The notes under the pieces were generated by a model, which saw only the letters and a program-made list of their open reading frames with translations, had not been told where the DNA came from and did not search any database. The position numbers and the translations under genes are program-made. Positions 28,250-36,314 of a DNA stretch of 64,000 bases are shown here, piece by piece; positions within the stretch are counted from its first letter, which is position 1; the number at the start of each line of letters is the position of its first letter. Source of the stretch: Gaiellales bacterium. Its GTDB lineage: Bacteria; Actinomycetota; Thermoleophilia; Gaiellales; JAICJC01. The stretch spans positions 1,211 to 65,210 of the forward strand of contig DATIOK010000130.1 of assembly GCA_035473255.1 (NCBI GenBank), in the 5' to 3' direction.

Positions 28250-28798
28250 ATGACCGAGAAGGCCACCTTCGCAGCCGGCTGTTTCTGGGGCGTCGAGCAT
28301 GCGTTCATGCAGATCGACGGCGTCACCGCCACCCAGGTCGGATACATCGGCGGAACCGTCGACGACCCGGACTACCGCACCGTTTGCAGCGGACGCACCG
28401 GCCACGCCGAGGCCGTCGAGGTCGAGTACGACCCCGAGCAGGTCAGCTACGAGCAGCTGCTGGCCGTGTTCTGGGGCGAGCACGATCCCACCCAGAAGAA
28501 CCGCCAGGGGCCGGACGTCGGCACCCAGTACCGGTCGGAGATCTTCGTGCACTCGCCCGAGCAGCGGCGGATCGCCGAGCAGTCGCTGGCCGCCATGCAG
28601 ACGCACCTGGGCAAGCCGATCGCGACCCAGATCACCGAGGCGCCGACGTTCTGGCGCGCCGAGGAGTACCACCAGCGCTACTTCGAGAAGCACGGCCAGG
28701 TCGCCTGCAAGCTGCAGGCGCCAGCGCCCGTGACCGCTCGCAGCGAGCCGGTCGAGCAGCGCTCCGGTCTTCTGTCCGGACTGTTCAGCCGCTCGTAG
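28250..28798 (+). CDS. msrA: peptide-methionine (S)-S-oxide reductase
   Basis: 182-aa ORF with the GCFWG active site and the HDPTQ..NRQG..G.QYRS motif. SD AAGGGAG lies upstream. Confidence 0.92.
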   Translation: MTEKATFAAGCFWGVEHAFMQIDGVTATQVGYIGGTVDDPDYRTVCSGRTGHAEAVEVEYDPEQVSYEQLLAVFWGEHDPTQKNRQGPDVGTQYRSEIFVHSPEQRRIAEQSLAAMQTHLGKPIATQITEAPTFWRAEEYHQRYFEKHGQVACKLQAPAPVTARSEPVEQRSGLLSGLFSRS

Positions 28799-28849
28799 AC
28801 GAACGGGCCGCGCGGGTGGCGACATGGTCGCCCTCGCGCGGCCGGTATC

Positions 28850-29218
28850 GTGAGCGGCATGCTCAGCACGGGCAGCTTCGCCGTTCATATCGCCGACCTC
28901 GACCTCGATCTCGACCCGCTCGATCCCGGGAGCATCGTCGAGGGCTCGCCCCAGACCTGGAACCGGGTGGTCTGGGGGAGCGAGGACGGCCGCATCATCC
29001 GCGGCGTCTGGCAGATCTCGCCAGGGGTCGTGGTCGATACTGAGGCCCACGAGATGTTCGTCGTGATCGCCGGCCGCGCCACGATCGCCATCGACGGCGG
29101 CACCACGTTCGACGTCGGCCCGGGCGACATGGGTGTGCTCGAGGAGGGCGCCCGCTCCACCTGGACCGTGCACGAGACGCTGCGCAAGGCGTATCAGATC
29201 CTGCTGCCCGCGTCGTGA
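28850..29218 (+). CDS. cupin-fold protein (DUF861/EutQ-like)
   Basis: 122-aa ORF with a cupin beta-barrel pattern (HEMFVVIAGRATIAIDGG..FDVGPGD). Confidence 0.7.
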   Translation: MSGMLSTGSFAVHIADLDLDLDPLDPGSIVEGSPQTWNRVVWGSEDGRIIRGVWQISPGVVVDTEAHEMFVVIAGRATIAIDGGTTFDVGPGDMGVLEEGARSTWTVHETLRKAYQILLPAS

Positions 29219-30606
29219 GCAGCGCCGCCTGGGTTGAGGCCGAGCCACGCCCCTTCTGGCTGGACTCGCCGCTTGCTCCAGCCCCGGCCGACCCGTTCGC
29301 GGGCGAGGACAGCTGCTCGCTGGCCGTGGTCGGCGGCGGCTTCACCGGCCTGTGGGCGGCGCTGCAGGCCAAGCAGGACGACCCCGCCCGCGACGTCGTG
29401 GTGCTGGAGGGAGCGACGGTGGCCGCGGGCGCCAGCGGACGCAACGGCGGGTTTGCCGACGCGTCCATCACCCATGGCCTGCCCAACGGCCTCAGCCGGT
29501 TCCCCGACGAGATCGACCAGCTGGAGCGGCTGGGGCGTGAGAACCTGAACGGCATCGAGCGGGCGATCGAGCGCCACGGCATCGACTGCGGCTGGGAGCG
29601 GACGGGATCGATCCTGGTCGCCCGCAGCAGGCACGAGGTCGCGGAGCTGAGCGAGTTCGTGCCGGTGATGCGGGACCACGGGTACGACTGCGACTGGCTC
29701 GGCGCCGAGGCGGTGCGCGCGCAGGTCGACTCGCCCACCTACCTGGGTGGCATCTGGGAGCGGAGCGGCTCCGCCATGGTCGACCCGGCCCGCCTGGCAT
29801 GGGGCCTTCGCCGCGTCTGCATCGAGCTGGGCGTGCGGCTGCACGAGCGTTCACCGGTGACGGCGCTTCACGAGCTGGCCGACGGCGTGATGCTGTCGAT
29901 GCCGGATGGCCGGCTGCGGGCCGAGCGCGTGGTGCTCGCCACCAACGGCTTCCCGCCGTTGATCGGCGACATCCGCCGCTACATCGCACCCGTGTACGAC
30001 TACGTGCTGGTGACCGAGCCGCTGTCGGCGCAGCGGATGTCGGCGCTCGGCTGGAGCGGCCGGCAGGGCCTGTTCGACGCCGCAAACCAGTTTCACTACT
30101 ACCGGCTGACCGACGACAACCGGATCCTGTGGGGCGGCTATGACGCCGTATACCACTACGGCAACGCCGTCGCAGCCGAGCTGGAACAGCGGCCAGCCAC
30201 CTTCTCGCTGTTGTCGCGCCACTTCTTCGAGACCTTCCCGCAGCTGGAGGGCGTTCGCTTCACCCACCGCTGGGGCGGGGTGATCGACACCTGCAGCCGG
30301 TTCAGCGTGATGTTCGGCCGGGCGATGGGCGGTCGCGTCAGCTACGCCGTCGGATACACCGGCCTCGGCGTCGGCGCCAGCCGCTTCGGAGCCCGCGTCG
30401 CGCTCGACCTGGTTGACGGTCGCGACACCGAGCTGACCCGGCTGCGCCTGGTGCGCAGCAAACCCTTGCCGTTCCCGCCCGAGCCGCTGCGCTGGGCCGG
30501 GATCAAGCTGACCACGCGCGCCCTTGCGCTGGCCGATCGCAGGGACGGCAAGCGCGGGCTCTACCTGCGCGCGCTCGACCGGGTCGGCCTCGGCTTCGAC
30601 TCCTGA
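29215..30606 (+). CDS. FAD-dependent oxidoreductase (DAO family, gamma-glutamylputrescine oxidase-like)
   Basis: 463-aa ORF with GTGA overlap to the cupin gene and an N-terminal VVGGGFTGLWAA dinucleotide fold. Confidence 0.8.
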   Translation: MSSAAWVEAEPRPFWLDSPLAPAPADPFAGEDSCSLAVVGGGFTGLWAALQAKQDDPARDVVVLEGATVAAGASGRNGGFADASITHGLPNGLSRFPDEIDQLERLGRENLNGIERAIERHGIDCGWERTGSILVARSRHEVAELSEFVPVMRDHGYDCDWLGAEAVRAQVDSPTYLGGIWERSGSAMVDPARLAWGLRRVCIELGVRLHERSPVTALHELADGVMLSMPDGRLRAERVVLATNGFPPLIGDIRRYIAPVYDYVLVTEPLSAQRMSALGWSGRQGLFDAANQFHYYRLTDDNRILWGGYDAVYHYGNAVAAELEQRPATFSLLSRHFFETFPQLEGVRFTHRWGGVIDTCSRFSVMFGRAMGGRVSYAVGYTGLGVGASRFGARVALDLVDGRDTELTRLRLVRSKPLPFPPEPLRWAGIKLTTRALALADRRDGKRGLYLRALDRVGLGFDS

Positions 30607-30609
30607 GGT

Positions 30610-31575
30610 CTACGCCGGGGCCGGGCGCCAGCGCCGCGGGCTCGGCTCCCGTGCCCGCCCGGTCTCGGCCAGCCGCTCCAGGTGCGAGATCGCCTCGACC
30701 AGCGCGAACCGCTGCTCGTGGAACCCCAGCAGCTCGTCCCGCCAGATCAGCTGCGCCGCGTCGTAGGCGGTCTCGGCGCCCTCGTCGAGGGCGGCCGCCG
30801 CGGCATCGAGGCGGTCATCATGGTGCGCCGCGATCTCGCGGGCGCGCGACGGCGCGTCGTCGATCACGGGTCCGTGGCCGGGGAGGACGCGCCGCGGCGC
30901 CAGCTCCGACAGCCGCTGCAGCGTGGCCAGGTAGCGACCCAGCGGGTCGCGCGCGGTGTCCGGCCAGCGGCCCACGTTGGGGGTGATCTCGTCGAGCAGC
31001 ACGTCGCCGCCCAGCAGGCGGCCGCTGGTCTCGCCGAGCAGAGCGATGTGCCCGTCCGCATGACCGGGCACGTGCAGTACGCGGAACGCCTCGTCGCCCA
31101 GCACCACCCGGTCGCCCTCGTCCACGAGCCGCGTGGGCGTCGCCAGCCGTACGCCGGTGCGGCTCTCGGCCCGGGTCGAGGCGGCCGCCAGCTCGGCCGG
31201 CATGCCGTGGTCGCGCAGGTAGCCCTCGAACTCGTCGTCCGAGCCCTGTTCCCAGGCGGCCACCGCCATCGCCCGGTCGAGCCGGCCCTGCACCACCTCC
31301 GGGGCGCCGCTCAGCTCCGCCAGGCCGGCGCTGGCCCCGACGTGGTCGGGGTGGTAGTGCGTCAGCACCAGGCGCGCCACCGGCGACGGCCCTAGCTGCG
31401 CGAGCGCCTGCGCCCACCATCGCAACGTCGCCTCGCTGCCGAGCCCGGCGTCGACCAGCGTCCAGCCGTCGAGGCCCGCCAGCGCGTAGCAGTGCACGTG
31501 GTCGAGCGCCCACGGCAGCGGCATCGTGATCTGCACGAGCCCGGGCTCGAGCTCGGTCAGCGTCGGTTCCCGCAT
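30610..31575 (-). CDS. MBL-fold metallo-hydrolase
   Basis: 321-aa ORF with the HYHPDHVG (HxHxDH) motif and downstream His/Asp ligands. Confidence 0.85.
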   Translation of the reverse strand: MREPTLTELEPGLVQITMPLPWALDHVHCYALAGLDGWTLVDAGLGSEATLRWWAQALAQLGPSPVARLVLTHYHPDHVGASAGLAELSGAPEVVQGRLDRAMAVAAWEQGSDDEFEGYLRDHGMPAELAAASTRAESRTGVRLATPTRLVDEGDRVVLGDEAFRVLHVPGHADGHIALLGETSGRLLGGDVLLDEITPNVGRWPDTARDPLGRYLATLQRLSELAPRRVLPGHGPVIDDAPSRAREIAAHHDDRLDAAAAALDEGAETAYDAAQLIWRDELLGFHEQRFALVEAISHLERLAETGRAREPSPRRWRPAPA

Positions 31576-31578
31576 TTA

Positions 31579-31744
31579 GATGGTTGATTCCACGAGCTGC
31601 GCGGCTCTGGAGCTGGTCCGAGTCGCGCCAGACGCCACGATCGCCCTTGAACAGGCCTCATCCAGCCTGCCCTGCGGTCGATCCCGTCGTCTGGAACGAC
31701 TCGTCCTGCGCCCAGAGGCCACGAATCCCGTGGAATCAACCATC
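31579..31744. repeat. 166-bp palindromic MITE-like element with perfect 16-bp terminal inverted repeats
   Basis: GATGGTTGATTCCACG (31579-31594) and CGTGGAATCAACCATC (31729-31744). The inner arms are patchily complementary. The element fills the whole gap between the NHase accessory gene stop and the MBL gene start. Confidence 0.8.
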
Positions 31745-31949
31745 AGGGAGAGCAGCCCGTCAGCTGCTCCAGCGCGACCATCCAGCTGTCGTAGTAGGGC
31801 CGGTCGGGATCCTCGGCGATCGCGGCCTTGAGTCGCTCGCGGAAGGCGTCCCAGGGCTGGTCCATGCTGCGGCAGGCGACCTGCGCCATCGCGAACAGCC
31901 GCGCCTGCCAGGGCTCGGTGAAGGCCTCGTCCGGCAGGTCGGTGATCAC
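31743..31949 (-). CDS. nitrile hydratase accessory (activator) protein
   Basis: GTG at 31949 overlaps the alpha-subunit stop (GTGA). The 68-aa product VITDLPDEAFTEPWQARLFAMAQV... is typical of P14K-type activators. Confidence 0.75.
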   Translation of the reverse strand: MITDLPDEAFTEPWQARLFAMAQVACRSMDQPWDAFRERLKAAIAEDPDRPYYDSWMVALEQLTGCSP

Positions 31950-32563
31950 GCCGAGACGCCCTCGGTCACGCCTGGCACCGCCACGCCGACCATGCAGTCG
32001 CGCGTAACAAGGTCGGCCAGGCCCTGTTCGTCCAGGTGCTCGGTGCCGTCGGGCCGCATCGGCAGCACGATGTAGCGCACCTCGGCGCTCGAGTCCCAGA
32101 TCCTGATCGCGGTCGTCTCCGGCAGCTCCAGCCCGAACTCGCGCAGCACCGCCCGCGGCTCGCGCACCATGCGGGCGCGGTAGGGCGGGCTCTTGTACCA
32201 GACCGGCGGCACGCCCAGCACCGGCCAGGGATAGCACGAGCAGAGCGTGCACACGATCGCATTGTGGGTGACGGGCGTGTTCTCGACGCAGACCAGACGC
32301 TCGCCCTCGGCGCCGCCGTACCCCATCTCGGCGGCTGCGGCGGTGCCGTCGGCCAGCAACCGCTTGCGGTAGGCCGGATCGACCCACGCTCGTGCCACCA
32401 TGCGCGCGCCCCGCCGCGGCCCGATCTCGTTCTGGAACTGCTCGACGACGGCGTCCACAGCGTCGGTCGAGATGAGGCCGCGCTCGACCAGCAGCGCCTC
32501 GAGTGCCATGGTGCGCAGTTCCGACCGTGACTTCTCGCGGGCGTGGTGGTGCCCCTCGCTCAT
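31946..32563 (-). CDS. nthA: nitrile hydratase alpha subunit (Co-type)
   Basis: ATG at 32563 (MSEGHHHAREKS). Metal-binding motif VCTLCSCYPWPVLG; Thr in CTLCSC indicates the cobalt type. Confidence 0.92.
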   Translation of the reverse strand: MSEGHHHAREKSRSELRTMALEALLVERGLISTDAVDAVVEQFQNEIGPRRGARMVARAWVDPAYRKRLLADGTAAAAEMGYGGAEGERLVCVENTPVTHNAIVCTLCSCYPWPVLGVPPVWYKSPPYRARMVREPRAVLREFGLELPETTAIRIWDSSAEVRYIVLPMRPDGTEHLDEQGLADLVTRDCMVGVAVPGVTEGVSA

Positions 32564-33219
32564 GCCGCCTCCTCCAGGTAGGTCTCCCACAGATCGACCA
32601 GCACCGTGTGGTCGGCGCCGTCGTCGGGCCACAGGTCGGCGGCCGCGAAGGAGACCGTGTAGCACGGTGCGCGGCGCTGCTCGCCCAGGTCCTCGTTCTC
32701 AGGCAGCCAGTCCGGCGCAAGCCGCCGCTCGACGACCCCCGCGACGCCGCGCACGTAGCGTGGACAGCGGTTGTGCACCGTCGTCGAGATGCGGCGCACG
32801 CGCACCGGTTGTCCGACCGCGAAGCGATGGCCGCCCTCCGGTCGCGCGGGCGGTCGTGGCTGCATGTCGGCCCGCACCGCCTCCACCATCGCCGGATCCG
32901 ACCGTTCCGGCACCTGCCCGCCGGCCCGCAGCGCCTCGACCCGACGATCGACGTCGGCGGGGGCCAGGACACCGCGTTCGGCCAGCATCACCTCGAGCGC
33001 GTGCTCCCATCGCTCATAGTACGACGACGCCAGGTAACGCCCGGTCTCGATCCGCTCCACCTGTGGCCGCATGACGCCGATCGGGCCGCCGGTGGCCCAC
33101 AGCGTCAGCGACATGCCGAACACGCGGCCTTCCCAGCGCTCGTGGAATGGGGGCTCGCCCGGCTCGGACACGACCGCGTCGAACCCCTGCATGCCGCCCA
33201 TGTCATGGATGCCGTCCAC
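32560..33219 (-). CDS. nthB: nitrile hydratase beta subunit
   Basis: GTG at 33219 gives VDGIHDMGGMQGFDAV, the canonical beta N-terminus. ATGA overlap with alpha. Confidence 0.9.
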   Translation of the reverse strand: MDGIHDMGGMQGFDAVVSEPGEPPFHERWEGRVFGMSLTLWATGGPIGVMRPQVERIETGRYLASSYYERWEHALEVMLAERGVLAPADVDRRVEALRAGGQVPERSDPAMVEAVRADMQPRPPARPEGGHRFAVGQPVRVRRISTTVHNRCPRYVRGVAGVVERRLAPDWLPENEDLGEQRRAPCYTVSFAAADLWPDDGADHTVLVDLWETYLEEAA

Positions 33220-33238
33220 GGCTGCCAGACTACATCGA

Positions 33239-33739
33239 ATGAGCGATGCCGACGATCTCGCCGACCTGCTGGCGGAGCTGACCGTCAGCCTGGTGGTGGA
33301 GCTGCACCCGGCGATCGCCGACCTGGCCATGCCGGGCCACTTCAGGCCCGCCGGCGCGCCCGCAGCCGCCGTGTTCCTGCGCCCGCTCGAAGGCGAACCA
33401 ACCCACCGCAGCGGCCCGCCGTCCCTGGCCGTGGCCGAGCTGGCCGCGGACGCCGCCGAGGCCGCGCATGCCCGGCTGGGCTACGGCCGCCGCGAGGGCA
33501 ATCCGTTCCTGCCGGGTCTGGCTCTGGCCGCGTTCTACCTGGTCGAGGCCCGGCGCAGCGGCGCGTTCGGGCTGGGCGCGCTGACCGGCGGCCGCGTGCG
33601 CGCCTATCCGCTGGCGGCGGATGAGGCCCACCACGACCCGCCGCTGCTGCCGGGCACGGCAGCGATACGCGCCTGGTACCCGGTCGAGGGCGCGCCGGAT
33701 GCCTGCATCGAGCTGCGGCTCAGCCCGTCGCCTGCGTGA
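33239..33739 (+). CDS. hypothetical protein
   Basis: ATG at 33239 (MSDADDLADLLAEL) within ORF 33071..33739. Third-position GC is very high throughout. Divergent from the NHase operon; no recognised motif. Confidence 0.5.
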   Translation: MSDADDLADLLAELTVSLVVELHPAIADLAMPGHFRPAGAPAAAVFLRPLEGEPTHRSGPPSLAVAELAADAAEAAHARLGYGRREGNPFLPGLALAAFYLVEARRSGAFGLGALTGGRVRAYPLAADEAHHDPPLLPGTAAIRAWYPVEGAPDACIELRLSPSPA

Positions 33740-35087
33740 CCGGCTCGGCCTCGCGCGATCCCGCGTCGTAGCGCCAGAAGGCCGGCAGCAGCGCGGCCGT
33801 GACGGCGACCCCGATCACGCACAGCACGCCGCCCGAGACGATCGATCCGCGCACGCCGATCAGCGAGGCCGCGGCGCCCGCCTCGACGTTCCCGGCCAGC
33901 GGGCCGGTCGAGTAGCCGACCTGCTCGATGCCGGCCAGGCGACCGCGCAGCTCGGTGGGGATGGTCTGGTTCCACACGGTCGACCGGAAGATGCCAGACA
34001 CCGTGTCGGCCGCTCCCGCCACCGCCAGGCCGGCCAGCACCAGCGCCAGCCCGGGCGCCAGCCCCACCACCGTGATCGCGAGCCCCCAGCCGGCGGCCGC
34101 GAAGCAGATGGCCGCGCCGTGCCTGCGCGTCCCGCCCGTCCAGCCGCTGGTGAGCGTGGCCGCGAGGGCGCCCACCGCCGGCGCCGCGTACATCAGGCCG
34201 AGCACGCCGGCGCCGCCGAACTCGTGCGCGAAGGCCGGGAAGATCGCGTTCGGCATGCCGAAGAACATGGCCACGATGTCGACCGCGTAGGTTCCGAGCA
34301 GCACGGGCCGGGCCGCCGCATAGCGCAGGCCCTCGAGGATGCCGTGCAGGCTGACCTCGGCGCCCGCGACCGGCGGCGGCGCCGCGCGCATCATCCCCAG
34401 CAGCAGTAGCGACGCGGCGAAGGTGGCCACGTCGAAGGCGTAGGTGAGCGGTAGCCCCACCACCGCGATCAGCACGCCCCCCAGCGCGGGGCCGCCGATC
34501 TCCCCGATATTGAAACGGAGCGTGCCGATCGCCGCCGCGGCCGGCATCTCGTCGCGGTCGACCAGGCGCTGGGTGAGGGCCTCCAGCGACGGGCGCTGGA
34601 GACCGTCCAGCGCCGCCATCACGGCCGCGACCACGAACAGCAGCCACAGCTGGGGGCTGGCCAGCGTCGCGTTCAGCAGCAGCACGATCGAGGCGCCGGC
34701 GAATGACAGCTCGGTCAGGAGCAGCATCCGCCGCCGGTCGCGAGCGTCGGCCAGCGCGCCGCCCAGAAACGCGGTCACCAGCAGCGGGCACAGTTCGGCC
34801 AGGCCCAGCAGGCCCACCACCAGCGAGGAGCCGGACAGCTGGTAGGCCTGGTAGGGCAGGGCCACGTAGGTCACCATCGAGCCCAGGAACGTGATCGCCT
34901 GGCCGGCCGTCAGCAGCCGAAAGTCGCGGTGTCGCCGGAGCGGGCCGAGGTCGATGGTGAGCTTGCGGACCACGCCGCGCGGCTGGTCGGGCTCCGTCGC
35001 CGTCTGCGGCAGCGGCGGCATGGGCGAGAGCCGCTCCGCCTCATGCTGGCCGTGGCCGTGCTCGTCTTTGGGAGGCTCCTCGGGCAC
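33720..35087 (-). CDS. MFS transporter (EntS/enterobactin-exporter-like)
   Basis: 455-aa polytopic ORF containing FRLLTAGQAITFLGSMVTYVALPYQAYQLSGS. The start may lie further downstream. Confidence 0.85.
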   Translation of the reverse strand: MPEEPPKDEHGHGQHEAERLSPMPPLPQTATEPDQPRGVVRKLTIDLGPLRRHRDFRLLTAGQAITFLGSMVTYVALPYQAYQLSGSSLVVGLLGLAELCPLLVTAFLGGALADARDRRRMLLLTELSFAGASIVLLLNATLASPQLWLLFVVAAVMAALDGLQRPSLEALTQRLVDRDEMPAAAAIGTLRFNIGEIGGPALGGVLIAVVGLPLTYAFDVATFAASLLLLGMMRAAPPPVAGAEVSLHGILEGLRYAAARPVLLGTYAVDIVAMFFGMPNAIFPAFAHEFGGAGVLGLMYAAPAVGALAATLTSGWTGGTRRHGAAICFAAAGWGLAITVVGLAPGLALVLAGLAVAGAADTVSGIFRSTVWNQTIPTELRGRLAGIEQVGYSTGPLAGNVEAGAAASLIGVRGSIVSGGVLCVIGVAVTAALLPAFWRYDAGSREAEPVTQATG

Positions 35088-35115
35088 GACCGGGGAGGAT
35101 AGTTACCATGCGGCG

Positions 35116-35691
35116 ATGCTGACCGACCGCTTCCAGCAGGCGCTGATCTACGCCGCTCAGGTGCACGACGGCCAGTCCCGCAAGGGCGGCGAGTCGATCC
35201 CGTACCTGGCCCACCTGATGTCGGTGGCGGCGCTGGTGCTGGAGAACGGCGGCGGCGAGGACGAGGCGATCGCGGCGCTGCTCCACGACGCGATCGAGGA
35301 TCGCGGCGATCGCACCAACCTCGAGGAGCTGCGCCGGCGCTTCGGCGATCAGGTCGCGTTCATCGTCGATGCCTGCAGCGACACCGACCAGCGCCCGAAA
35401 CCGCCCTGGCAGGGGCGCAAGCAGGCGTACATCGATCGCATGCAGACCGCGCCGGTGGCCGTGCTGCGGGTGGCCTGCGCAGACAAGGTGCACAACGCCC
35501 GCTCGACGCTCAGCGACCTGCACGTGTACGGCGCCGCCACCTGGAGCAAGTTCGGCAGCACGGTCGAGCAGCAGCTCTGGTATTACCAGACCCTGTCCGA
35601 GCTGTTCTCACGGCGGCTGCCGGGGCCGCTGTCGGACGAGCTGGCGCGGCTGGTGGCGGAGATCACGGAGCGGTCGGCGACGACCATCTAG
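35116..35691 (+). CDS. HD-domain phosphohydrolase ((p)ppGpp hydrolase-like)
   Basis: ATG at 35116 (MLTDRFQQALIYAAQVHDGQSRKG) with HLMSVA...LLHDAIED HD motifs. Confidence 0.8.
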   Translation: MLTDRFQQALIYAAQVHDGQSRKGGESIPYLAHLMSVAALVLENGGGEDEAIAALLHDAIEDRGDRTNLEELRRRFGDQVAFIVDACSDTDQRPKPPWQGRKQAYIDRMQTAPVAVLRVACADKVHNARSTLSDLHVYGAATWSKFGSTVEQQLWYYQTLSELFSRRLPGPLSDELARLVAEITERSATTI

Positions 35692-36314
35692 GCATGGCCT
35701 GGGAAGTGGCGGTGGGTGGCGACCCGCCGGTCCGCGTGCACGAGGTCGGCCAGCGTGCCGTGGCCGAGGCGCTCCAGCCTGGTAGCGAGGGCGAGGAACA
35801 CCTGCGCGGTCGTGAGCGCGTCGCCCATCGCCTGGTGGGGGTGGTGGCTGGGCAGGCCCAGCTGATCCGTCAGCGTCTGAAGCGGCTTGTAGCCGGGATC
35901 GGCGCCGTCGGCGACGACGCCGTGCAGCCGCCACAGCATCGCGGTGTCGATGATGCCGCGGGGCAACCGGCCGCCCGCCTGCCGCAGAGCCGGTCCCAGG
36001 AAGGCGCGCTCGACCCAGGCCGCGTGGGCGATCGGCGTTCGGCCCCTGATCGCCTCGGCCAGCGGCGCCAGCGCCTCTCCTAGCGGAGGCGCGGAGTCGA
36101 GATCGTGGGGCAGGATCCCGTGGATCTCGACAGGCCCGGTATGGCGGCCCGCGGTCGGCTTGACCATGCCCTGGATGGCACCGCCGGCCCGGATCCGGCC
36201 GCCGTCAAGCGGCACCGCGCCGAACGCGATCACCTCGTCGGTCTTTGGGTCGAGACCGGTCAGCTCCACGTCAACGCACAGCAGCGCGGCGTCGCGCCAG
36301 GAACGCCGCCTCAT
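35688..36314 (-). CDS. DnaQ-like 3'-5' exonuclease (DEDDh)
   Basis: ATG at 36314 with ATGA overlap to the upstream gene. ExoI VDVELTGLD and ExoIII HQAMGDALTTAQVF motifs. Confidence 0.85.
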   Translation of the reverse strand: MRRRSWRDAALLCVDVELTGLDPKTDEVIAFGAVPLDGGRIRAGGAIQGMVKPTAGRHTGPVEIHGILPHDLDSAPPLGEALAPLAEAIRGRTPIAHAAWVERAFLGPALRQAGGRLPRGIIDTAMLWRLHGVVADGADPGYKPLQTLTDQLGLPSHHPHQAMGDALTTAQVFLALATRLERLGHGTLADLVHADRRVATHRHFPGHA

